Positions 50,598 through 58,869 of a DNA stretch of 64,000 nucleotides are shown one piece after another. The notes beneath the pieces are model-generated. The model searched no databases. It was not told where the DNA came from and saw nothing but the letters and a program-made list of their open reading frames with translations. The stretch is taken from the NCBI GenBank assembly GCA_964291405.2, contig OZ219926.1:2336001-2400000 (forward strand), in the 5' to 3' direction. Position 1 is the first letter of the stretch, and each line of letters opens with the position of its first letter. The position numbers were made by a program, and so were the translations under genes. Source of the stretch: Thermodesulfobacteriota bacterium (lineage in GTDB: Bacteria > Desulfobacterota > Binatia > Bin18).

Positions 50598-50684
50598 AAC
50601 GCTATCCCTACCCCCCGGCGCTGCTAGGTGCCGTGTCGATCTCCCTCCCTAGGATCACACGCCCTGGCAGCGCCCCCTCCTCTC
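50598..50684 (+). ncRNA. Candidate anti-SD hairpin RNA, unit 2
   Basis: Same 19-nt leader as unit 1; GGCGCTGCTAGG/CCTGGCAGCGCC stem; loop CCCTCCCTA. Confidence 0.55.
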
Positions 50685-50842
50685 GCTACTGTGGGTTCAT
50701 AACCTGATGCTATCCTGGTCGATAGAAACAGTAGCGTCCTGGTGTGGGCTGGTCGGGTAGCGCAGATCGCTCTACGGGGTTGCTATTCAGCGTGCTGAGC
50801 TTATATCTATCGTTGTCGGAGCGTACACCAGATGTCTGATAG

Positions 50843-50896
50843 AAGGAGGAAACGTGTTCTCCAATGGTAGAGAGATGCTGAACACGTTTCCTCTTG
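50843..50896. repeat. 54-bp palindromic element, copy 9 (inverted sister of copy 8)
   Basis: 49/54 identical to the reverse complement of copy 8; 14 nt before the ppk1 ATG. Confidence 0.9.
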
Positions 50897-50910
50897 ACGG
50901 CGGTATCTGC

Positions 50911-53025
50911 ATGGAAGACAAGCCTTTTATTAACCGTGAATTGTCCTGGCTCGAATTCAACCGACGCGTGCTTGAAGAGGCCTTCGACGAAAGCGTCCCC
51001 TTGCTCGAACGCGTCAAGTTCATGGCCATATTCAGCGCCAATATGGACGAATTTTTTATGGTCCGTGTGGCGCGACTCAAGCGGCGTATTGCGCAGGGCG
51101 ACCTGGAGGCCGGTCCGGATGGCATGACACCGGCCCAAACGCTGACCGCTATCTCAAAACGAGTCCATGAGCTTGCCGAGGAACAACACCGGGGTTTTCT
51201 GGAGACCATTCAGCCGCAACTGGAGGCCGAGGGGATTCATATTACCCGCCCGGAAGAGTTGAACACCGAGCAGAGTCATTTTCTTGAAGACTTCTTTCGG
51301 CGGACCCTGCTGCCAGTTGTCACGCCGCTGGCGATCGATCCCGGCCATCCCTTTCCCCACCTCGGTAATCGCTCCCTGTGTCTGGTCGCAGCCCTGCGCT
51401 CGGCCGGAACCTCGCGTCTGCCCCAGACCAAACTGGCCGTTGTTCATATTCCCAGCCAAGTCGTCCAGCGTTTTATTGCGCTACCGGCTCCAGCTGGCAA
51501 GCATATCTTTATCCTGCTCGAAGATGTGGTGCGGCTGTACCTGCCCCGCCCGTATCACGGCTATGAGATCCTGTCGTGTCACGCCGTCCGGGTGACGCGG
51601 GACGCGGACTCGGCCCTGGCACTCGGCCGAACCGAAGATCTCCTCACGAGTATCGAAGAGAGCGTGCGCGACCGGCGCATGGGGACCGCGGTGCGGCTGC
51701 AATACGACTCCGACCTGCCGCAGGGCGTTCTCAATATGTTTATTGATGAACTCGACCTGCGCCCCGAAGATCTGTACGGCGGTGAGGGTTTCACCGCTTT
51801 TACCGACCTGTTTCAGCTCTATGGAGCCGTGGACCTGCCGCAGCATAAAGACCAGCCGTGGACGCCCCTGCCGGTCCCGGCCTGTGAGCAAAAGCCGGAT
51901 ATGTGGAGTGCAATTCGGGAGGGCGACATCCTGGTGCACCATCCCTACCAATCTTTCGATGTGGTGATGCGCTTTGTGGAAGAGGCCGCGACCGACCCGA
52001 ATGTCCTGGCCATTAAAATGACCCTCTACCGGGTCAGCCCGACCTCGCCTATTGCCCAGGCGCTCACGCGGGCCGCAGAAGCGGGTAAGGAAGTAGCCGT
52101 CCTGGTCGAACTCCGCGCCCGTTTTGATGAGGAAGCCAATATTACCTGGGCGCGCGCGCTCGAAGAGGTCGGCGCCCATGTGGTGTATGGCCTGGTCGGC
52201 TATAAGACCCACTGCAAGGCCTGCCTGGTGGTACGGCGTGAGAATGGTGGCATCCGTCGCTACTGCCATCTCGCAACCGGCAACTACAACGTGAATACGA
52301 GCGGCATCTACGGCGACTTCGGTCTCTTTACCTGCCGCGAGTCCTTTGGCGACGATCTCACCGACCTGTTTAACCTGTTAACCGGCTATACCCGCCCCCA
52401 GGCGTTTCACCATCTCCTGGTCGCTCCCACGAGTATGCGGGAGGGCATGATTGAGCGGATTCGGCGCGAAGCGGAACACGCCCTGGAGGGTAAGCCGGCC
52501 AGGATCATTGCCAAGATCAACAGTCTGGTTGACGCAGCCATGATTGAGGAGCTGTATACTGCCAGCCAGGCGGGGGTGGAGATTGATCTCATCATCCGTG
52601 GCATCTGCTGCCTGCGGCCCGGACTGCCAGGCATATCCGAACGGATTCGGGTAATTTCGATTATCGATCGCTACCTCGAACACGCCCGCATCTTTTATTT
52701 TCATAATGATGGCGAGGCCGAGTATTTCCTCTCCTCGGCCGACTGGATGCCGCGCAATCTGGACCGCCGCGTCGAGGTCGCCTTTCCCATCCTTGATCCC
52801 CATATCCAGGCCCAGCTTTTTGAAATACTCAGCATTCAACTGGCCGACACGGTCAAGGCCCGCACGATCCTCCCCGATGGACGCTCCAAGCGGGTAGAGC
52901 CCGACCCGCTCGCCCCTGTCCGTTCTCAACAACGCCTGTACGAATTTACCAAGACCCAGTCCGACGCTCAGATGCCCGTTGAGGGAGAGCCCGACCTAGA
53001 CGGTTTGCAGCCGTTTGAAGGGTAG
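50911..53025 (+). CDS. ppk1: Polyphosphate kinase 1
   Basis: FINRELSWLEFNRRVL, DEFFMVRVA, HHPY, KTHCK, RYLEHARI, SADWMPRN. Confidence 0.98.
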   Translation: MEDKPFINRELSWLEFNRRVLEEAFDESVPLLERVKFMAIFSANMDEFFMVRVARLKRRIAQGDLEAGPDGMTPAQTLTAISKRVHELAEEQHRGFLETIQPQLEAEGIHITRPEELNTEQSHFLEDFFRRTLLPVVTPLAIDPGHPFPHLGNRSLCLVAALRSAGTSRLPQTKLAVVHIPSQVVQRFIALPAPAGKHIFILLEDVVRLYLPRPYHGYEILSCHAVRVTRDADSALALGRTEDLLTSIEESVRDRRMGTAVRLQYDSDLPQGVLNMFIDELDLRPEDLYGGEGFTAFTDLFQLYGAVDLPQHKDQPWTPLPVPACEQKPDMWSAIREGDILVHHPYQSFDVVMRFVEEAATDPNVLAIKMTLYRVSPTSPIAQALTRAAEAGKEVAVLVELRARFDEEANITWARALEEVGAHVVYGLVGYKTHCKACLVVRRENGGIRRYCHLATGNYNVNTSGIYGDFGLFTCRESFGDDLTDLFNLLTGYTRPQAFHHLLVAPTSMREGMIERIRREAEHALEGKPARIIAKINSLVDAAMIEELYTASQAGVEIDLIIRGICCLRPGLPGISERIRVISIIDRYLEHARIFYFHNDGEAEYFLSSADWMPRNLDRRVEVAFPILDPHIQAQLFEILSIQLADTVKARTILPDGRSKRVEPDPLAPVRSQQRLYEFTKTQSDAQMPVEGEPDLDGLQPFEG

Positions 53026-53140
53026 CAGCCGTCTACGTACCCGTGCATTCCTGCGTGGCGCGATGGCACCGTATCCTCTCGCCAGTACACAGCGGCGGGT
53101 ACATTGAAACCCTTGCGGAAATCCTCTAGCGTGCAGAACA

Positions 53141-54637
53141 ATGTTCGAACGAATCTCGATCCTGTGCCTGAGCCTCCTCCTGGTGAGCGTATGGGGCTGC
53201 TCGGCAACCCTCAGACGCCCCTCGGCCAAAGAATATTATCAGCAGGCAACCGACTCTTTCACAGACGAGGACTATCTGGGGGCGTCCGATCAGTATCAGG
53301 AGTTGCTGGATCAGTACCCGCTCAACCCGTACGCTGAGGAAGCCCAGCTCAAAACGGCCTATGGGCTGTTTATGGAAGAAAATTACGCCGAAGCCGTTGC
53401 GGCCTTCAAAGACTTTGAGCGGGCCTATCCGACCAGCACGCATATGCCGTTTGTCAAGTATTTCCTCGGCATTACGAACTATAGTCAGATTCGTTCCAAG
53501 GATCGCGATCAGGCCGTGACGCGCCGGGCGGACGGATTCTTTCAAGAGGTGATAGACCGGTACCCGGAAAGTGCTTTCGTTCTCGAGGCTGAGGAAAAGA
53601 GCAAATCGGCGCGTGACATCCTGGCGGCCCACGAATTGATGGTGGCAAACTTTAACGAAAAGCGTGGAAATCTTACCGCCACAAAAGCACGCTTGCGCAG
53701 CCTGATTGAGCAATACTCCGAGACGGATGCCACCGTTGAAGCCTTGGATCGGCTCGAACAGATATTGAACGAAGAGGGTAACGTCGAGTTGGCCGATTTG
53801 GCGGCCCGCGCTCAGTCTGCACGGAGAGCGACTAGCGAGGCCCCCGGCGCTGAAGAGGATGACCCAGAGGGCGAGGCGACCGACTCGGACGGGCTGCTCG
53901 TTGCCGGAGTTGATCCCTTGCTGTTGCTCGTTTCCGAATTGAAAAAACAGGAAGAGGCGGAACGCCTGGCCCGGACGGAAGCGGATGCAGAAAGGCTGGC
54001 AGCGGAAAAAGAAGCCGAGCAAGAAGAACGCGCCCTGGATGACGCCTTTGACGATGACCGATCCTACGAAGTGGGTGACGATTATCGGGAAGTAGACTTG
54101 GAGGCATTGGAAGCAGAGCGGGCAGCTCTGGAGACTCCCGACATTGAGGAGCTGGAATTCGACGTTGAGACAGACGATCTCGGACCCTTGGAACTGACCG
54201 AGCAGGATGTCTCCGACGAGGACGACATTGGTCTTTCTGACGAGGACATCCTCACCCTTGACGTCGAGAGCGACGCTATTGCGCTTGAGGAAGATGCTGA
54301 AGCGTTGGAAGCCGCTGGGGTGTTGGACGCTGAAGAAGAAGCCGAGGAGGTCGTTGAAGAGATTGCCGTAGGCGAGGACATAACTATAGAAGATGAGGTT
54401 GAAGTCAGTGCAGAGGTGGCCGAGGCAGAAGAGGTCGAGGACGACGAAGCGGTTGCCGCAGTCGAGCTGAGTGAGCCGGTTGAGCTGAATGAGTCAGGGG
54501 TTGAATACGCCGAAATAGATGAGGAAGCTACCTCTTCCGACGCTCTCACGAACGGAGATGTCGCACTCAGAACAGGACGAGAGGCCGTTCTGGGTATCGA
54601 TATTGAGGAAATAGATTTTGAGTTTGAGGACGAATGA
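53141..54637 (+). CDS. bamD: Outer membrane assembly lipoprotein BamD with a long acidic C-terminal tail
   Basis: Lipobox VWGC; TPR-like helices (YPLNPYAEEAQL, DRDQ, LAAHELMVANF); D/E-rich tail. Confidence 0.85.
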   Translation: MFERISILCLSLLLVSVWGCSATLRRPSAKEYYQQATDSFTDEDYLGASDQYQELLDQYPLNPYAEEAQLKTAYGLFMEENYAEAVAAFKDFERAYPTSTHMPFVKYFLGITNYSQIRSKDRDQAVTRRADGFFQEVIDRYPESAFVLEAEEKSKSARDILAAHELMVANFNEKRGNLTATKARLRSLIEQYSETDATVEALDRLEQILNEEGNVELADLAARAQSARRATSEAPGAEEDDPEGEATDSDGLLVAGVDPLLLLVSELKKQEEAERLARTEADAERLAAEKEAEQEERALDDAFDDDRSYEVGDDYREVDLEALEAERAALETPDIEELEFDVETDDLGPLELTEQDVSDEDDIGLSDEDILTLDVESDAIALEEDAEALEAAGVLDAEEEAEEVVEEIAVGEDITIEDEVEVSAEVAEAEEVEDDEAVAAVELSEPVELNESGVEYAEIDEEATSSDALTNGDVALRTGREAVLGIDIEEIDFEFEDE

Positions 54638-54671
54638 GACCTGGCGCCTAGGCAGAGAGCGAGCGAAGCCG

Positions 54672-54701
54672 AGCCTCTTTCCTCTTGGGAAGAGGCTTTT
54701 T
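54672..54701 (+). terminator. Rho-independent terminator after bamD
   Basis: AGCCTCTT/AAGAGGCT stem followed by a T run. Confidence 0.7.
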
Positions 54702-54762
54702 ATTCTATGTCGCTGGATATTCTCATAAGGATAGACGCACTGCGTTTGGGAAATAAGACAGC

Positions 54763-55527
54763 ATGAAACACGCTGCATCCCCTATTCCAAAGAGCGTCCG
54801 TGAGGGGAAAGTCCTGGTGGTTGGCGTTGGCGGACTCGGCTCTCCGGCGGCATTGGCGCTCGCCCTGGCTGGGGTGGGAACGATTGGCCTGGTGGATTCG
54901 GACCGGGTCGAGCTGTCAAACTTACAGCGGCAAATTTTGCACTTTACCCCGGATATCGGAAAACCAAAGGTCGATTCGGCCAAGGAAAAAATTCAGCAAC
55001 TCAGTCCCTCGATAACGGTGGTGACCCATAACGAGCGGCTGCATGCGGGGAATCTTGCGGATGTCTTTGCTGCCTATGATTTTATTATTGACGGAACGGA
55101 CGGCGTGGCCACAAAGTTTTTGATCAATGACGGTGCCGTGCTCCTGAACAAACCGCTTTCTCATGCAGGTATTGTCCGGTTTCATGGTCAGGCCCTCACG
55201 GTCTTACCGAGACAAACGACGTGTTTGCGTTGCCTGTTCCCGGTTCCACCTCATCCCGATGAGAATCCCACCTGCCAGGAGGCCGGCATCCTTGGCAGCC
55301 TGGCCGGCAGTTTGGGGAGCGTTCAAGCTGCCGAGGCAGTGAAATATCTGGGTGGGGAAGGAGAACTGCTCACCGACCGTTTGCTCACCTATGACGCCTT
55401 CGCCTTACGCTGGCGAGAGGTTCGGGTACGCCCGAGCCCGCATTGTCCGTTGTGCGGCACGCAGCAGACGATTACGAGTATCCGACCCGAAGCCTATGAG
55501 TTGGAAAGGCTCTGTACTATGCTCTGA
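54763..55527 (+). CDS. ThiF/MoeB-family E1-like adenylyltransferase (active-site motifs intact, N-terminal RYSRQ absent)
   Basis: GVGGLG, DSDRVELSNLQRQ, DGTD, CLRC, TCQEAG, CPLC. Confidence 0.92.
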   Translation: MKHAASPIPKSVREGKVLVVGVGGLGSPAALALALAGVGTIGLVDSDRVELSNLQRQILHFTPDIGKPKVDSAKEKIQQLSPSITVVTHNERLHAGNLADVFAAYDFIIDGTDGVATKFLINDGAVLLNKPLSHAGIVRFHGQALTVLPRQTTCLRCLFPVPPHPDENPTCQEAGILGSLAGSLGSVQAAEAVKYLGGEGELLTDRLLTYDAFALRWREVRVRPSPHCPLCGTQQTITSIRPEAYELERLCTML

Positions 55528-55537
55528 GTCTGAGTAT

Positions 55538-55591
55538 AAAGAGGGAACGTGTCCTCCACTAGACACGAGATGCTGGACACGTTTCCTCTTT
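55538..55591. repeat. 54-bp palindromic element, copy 10
   Basis: AAAGAGGGAACGTGTCC...GGACACGTTTCCTCTTT. Confidence 0.9.
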
Positions 55592-55682
55592 CGGGCAGGG
55601 TGATTGTCAGACCGAAGCAAAAAAGTAACAGTAGAAGCCTATAAAGAGCAGATGAGTGATTCTGAATCAGGAGGGAGTGAAC

Positions 55683-55994
55683 ATGAGTGCGCAGGTCCGT
55701 ATCCCAACCCCGCTACGTCGCTTTACCGGCGGAGCGGAAGCAGTATCGGCCGATGGAGCCACGGTTGGGGCGTTAGTCGATAATATAGAGAGTAATCATC
55801 CGGGGATTAAAGAACGGCTGTGTGATGAGGCGGGCGAAGTCCGTCGCTTTGTCAATATCTTTGTGAATGGTGAAGATATTCGTTTTATCAACAACCTGGA
55901 TACGCCGGTGAACGAGGGCGACGAAGTGTCTATCGTGCCTGCTATTGCCGGAGGTTCTTTTTGCCCCCGCCTCACTACGCTCGGCACCCCCTAG
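55683..55994 (+). CDS. MoaD/CysO-like ubiquitin-fold sulfur carrier with a 12-aa extension after GG
   Basis: VRIPTPLR..T.G, RFVNIFVNGEDIR, IVPAIAGG followed by SFCPRLTTLGTP. Confidence 0.92.
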   Translation: MSAQVRIPTPLRRFTGGAEAVSADGATVGALVDNIESNHPGIKERLCDEAGEVRRFVNIFVNGEDIRFINNLDTPVNEGDEVSIVPAIAGGSFCPRLTTLGTP

Positions 55995-56014
55995 AGAAAA
56001 AAGGGGGGTAAAGC

Positions 56015-57076
56015 GTGTCACGCCTGCTGAAAAGAGTAAACGTGTCCTCCCAGGATAGAGAAGAGATGCTGGACACATCTGCTCTTTTTCCAACCGAGGG
56101 ACCATTAGTAGCAGGTCCCCTGCGTGTCCCGTCTGTGCTGCATCTGATTGGGAATACGCCGCTGCTTGAAACTACCCGGCTGAGTGCGGACATTCCTCCA
56201 GACGTCCGGGTCTATGCCAAACTCGAAGGTTTCAATCCGGGTGGATCGGTCAAAGATCGCCCTGCGCTGTGTATGATCCAAAAAGGGATCGAGAGCGGCG
56301 CGCTGACCCCGGACAAGATCATTCTCGATTCTACCTCCGGGAATACCGGTATCGCGCTGGCCATGATCGGTGCCGTGCTGGGCTATCCGGTCGAGCTGTG
56401 CATCCCGGCCAACGTCAGTATAGAGCGGAAAAAAATCATCTCCGCGTATGGGGCAAAGATGGTTTTCAGTAGCCCCATGGACGGCTCGGATGGAGCCTTG
56501 GAGCTGTGTCGGGAACGGTTGCAAGAGCATCCCGGGCGCTATTTCAAACCGGATCAATACTTTAATCCACACAACTCACTGGCACACTACCAGACAACCG
56601 GGCCGGAGCTGTGGTGGCAGACCAAAGAGCAGATCACCCACTTTGTGGCCGGCATGGGGACCGGCGGCACCCTGATGGGAACCGGACGCTACCTGAAGGA
56701 GAAAAACTCGGACATTCAGATTGTTGGGGTTGAACCGGATGACGCCTTTCACGGCCTTGAGGGGCTAAAGCATATGGACAGTTCCATTGTGCCCGGCATC
56801 TACCATGAAGAGCAGCTTGACCGAAAAATCAGCGTTTCAACTGAAGACGCTTATGAAACGGTGTACCGGCTTGGTAGAGAAGAAGGGGTATTGGTTGGCC
56901 AGTCATCCGGTGCGGCGATGTGGGCGGCGCTCCAGGTGGCCCGTGAGATTGACCGGGGCACGGTGGTGACGCTCTTCCCGGATTTCGGAGACAAATATCT
57001 CAGTACCAATCTGTGGATCGGCTGGAAAGAGTATAATCAACGTCAGGCCAACGGTCGGGCAGAGGGAGCGGCGTGA
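56015..57076 (+). CDS. cysM: PLP-dependent cysteine synthase (CysM-like)
   Basis: IGNTPL, KLEGFNPGGSVKDR, STSGNTG, GTGGT, GQSSGA; start uncertain. Confidence 0.9.
   Translation: MSRLLKRVNVSSQDREEMLDTSALFPTEGPLVAGPLRVPSVLHLIGNTPLLETTRLSADIPPDVRVYAKLEGFNPGGSVKDRPALCMIQKGIESGALTPDKIILDSTSGNTGIALAMIGAVLGYPVELCIPANVSIERKKIISAYGAKMVFSSPMDGSDGALELCRERLQEHPGRYFKPDQYFNPHNSLAHYQTTGPELWWQTKEQITHFVAGMGTGGTLMGTGRYLKEKNSDIQIVGVEPDDAFHGLEGLKHMDSSIVPGIYHEEQLDRKISVSTEDAYETVYRLGREEGVLVGQSSGAAMWAALQVAREIDRGTVVTLFPDFGDKYLSTNLWIGWKEYNQRQANGRAEGAA
56031..56087. repeat. 54-bp palindromic element, copy 11 (57 bp; in the cysM 5' end)
   Basis: AAAGAGTAAACGTGTCC...GGACACATCTGCTCTTT; read as KRVNVSSQDREEMLDTSAL. Confidence 0.85.
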
Positions 57077-57897
57077 CGGAGACATTGGGGTCCATTGGGT
57101 CCATGCTCGAAGACGCTCAGATCGAACGCTATAGCCGACAGATCATTCTACCCCAGGTCGGCGGAAAAGGGCAGGAAAAACTTCTTCGGAGTCAGGTGTA
57201 TGTTGATGGGGACGGGCTGCTCGCCGCCGCTGCGCTTTTTTATCTCGTCGCTGCCGGCGTTGGGACTATTGGCGTGACGCGGGCCAAAGCCGCTCCGATC
57301 TTTTCCGTTCTTGCGGAGCGATCCCTAGGATCAGATGAGCAGCCGGTGGCCCACACCCTCAGGCATCTAAACCCCGATTGTACCCTTGTGACCCATCTGG
57401 ATGAGGACGAACAACCGCCTCACCACTATGATCTGGTTCTGGCAACAACAGATGCATTGCACGATGGGTGGTACGCTCAGCACAAACCGTTTGTGTGGGG
57501 AGCAGCCAGCGGAGAAGGCGCCCGTTTATTCGTGAGCCGGGGAGACAGGGCTGACCGGCCATGCCTGCGCTGTCTTTTCCCGGAAAACCCACCCCGGCCC
57601 TATCGGGCCACCCCTCCGAGGAGGGGAGAGAAAACAGTCCCCTCCTCGGAGGGGTGCCGCGTAGCGGCGGGGTGGATTCCTCCGGACACGGGGACCAAAG
57701 ACCCGCTTGACTCTCCATACGCGCTCTTTTTGGGTACCCAACTCGTCACCGAAGCCCTGAAAATCATCCTCCAGCCTGAGGCGGATAACCCACCAAAACT
57801 ATTGTCATACACATTCCCAGCGTTTCACTGTGTCGAGCAGGCGGTTGAGAAGAACCCGTACTGCTCGGTCTGTTCGACGCCTGCCCAGAGTGCCTGA
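57073..57897 (+). CDS. Degenerate ThiF/MoeB paralog (RYSRQ and both CxxC kept; nucleotide-binding motifs lost)
   Basis: [28 protein letters not shown] in place of GxGGLG; no SNLxRQ; CLRC and CSVC. Confidence 0.85.
   Translation: MTETLGSIGSMLEDAQIERYSRQIILPQVGGKGQEKLLRSQVYVDGDGLLAAAALFYLVAAGVGTIGVTRAKAAPIFSVLAERSLGSDEQPVAHTLRHLNPDCTLVTHLDEDEQPPHHYDLVLATTDALHDGWYAQHKPFVWGAASGEGARLFVSRGDRADRPCLRCLFPENPPRPYRATPPRRGEKTVPSSEGCRVAAGWIPPDTGTKDPLDSPYALFLGTQLVTEALKIILQPEADNPPKLLSYTFPAFHCVEQAVEKNPYCSVCSTPAQSA
57589..57675. repeat. 87-bp inverted-repeat element in-frame in the second ThiF
   Basis: CCACCCCG...CACCCCTCCGAGGAGGGGA / TCCCCTCCTCGGAGGGGTG...CGGGGTGG. Confidence 0.85.
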
Positions 57898-57914
57898 CTG
57901 AGGAAGAAGAGGAC

Positions 57915-58862
57915 GTGGAGACCCAGGGGCCTCAGCCCGCCTCGAATAAAAAGAATTCCTATTCTCTCACGCATCTCAAGTATCTTGAGGCTGAGAGCAT
58001 TCATATCATTCGTGAGGTGGCGGCTGAGTTCGATAATCCGGTCATGCTGTACTCCATCGGTAAAGATTCGGCGGTCATGCTGCATCTGGCTCGGAAAGCG
58101 TTCGCGCCAGGGAAGCCGCCCTTCCCCCTGATGCATATCGACACGACCTGGAAGTTCCGGGAGATGATCACCTTCCGCGATACCTACATCAGACACGAGC
58201 TCGGCCTCGACCTCATCGTATATATTAACCAGGACGGGGTCAAAGCAGGCATCGGCCCCATTACGCATGGGTCCAAAAAGCACACCGACGTGATGAAGAC
58301 ACAGGCGCTCAAACAGGCGCTCGATCAGTACGGGTTTGATGCGGCTTTTGGGGGTGCGCGGCGGGATGAAGAGAAGTCACGGGCCAAAGAACGGGTGTAT
58401 TCGTTCCGTGACCGCAACCACCGCTGGGACCCCAAGAACCAGCGTCCCGAGCTGTGGAATCTATATAACTCCACGCTTGATAAAGGCGAGAGCATCCGGG
58501 TTTTTCCCTTATCGAATTGGACCGAATTGGATGTCTGGCAATACATCTACCGCGAGAATATCCCGATTGTTCCGTTGTACTTTGCCAAGGAACGTCCGGT
58601 TGTCGAGCGCGATGGGGTGCTGATTATGGTCGATGATGACCGTCTACCGCTCCATCCGGATGAACGGCCGCAATTGAGAAAAGTCCGCTTTCGCACTCTG
58701 GGCTGCTATCCGCTGACGGGGGCGATTGAATCCGAGGCGGACACCCTGCCGTTGATTATTCAGGAAATGCTGCTGGCGACACACTCCGAACGGCAAGGTC
58801 GCGTCATTGATTTTGACCAGTCCGGCTCTATGGAAGAGAAGAAAAAAGAAGGTTACTTCTAA
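57915..58862 (+). CDS. cysD: Sulfate adenylyltransferase subunit 2
   Basis: [42 protein letters not shown]. Confidence 0.98.
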   Translation: METQGPQPASNKKNSYSLTHLKYLEAESIHIIREVAAEFDNPVMLYSIGKDSAVMLHLARKAFAPGKPPFPLMHIDTTWKFREMITFRDTYIRHELGLDLIVYINQDGVKAGIGPITHGSKKHTDVMKTQALKQALDQYGFDAAFGGARRDEEKSRAKERVYSFRDRNHRWDPKNQRPELWNLYNSTLDKGESIRVFPLSNWTELDVWQYIYRENIPIVPLYFAKERPVVERDGVLIMVDDDRLPLHPDERPQLRKVRFRTLGCYPLTGAIESEADTLPLIIQEMLLATHSERQGRVIDFDQSGSMEEKKKEGYF

Positions 58863-58869
58863 TAGCAGG

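Noticed and set aside
50432-50684. The two direct repeats as a mini-CRISPR
   Set aside because: Only two long, diverged units, each with its own promoter motif.
2420-56087. 54-bp palindromes as CRISPR repeats or integron attC sites
   Set aside because: They are dispersed, with no regular spacers, no cas or intI genes and no RYYYAAC/GTTRRRY ends.
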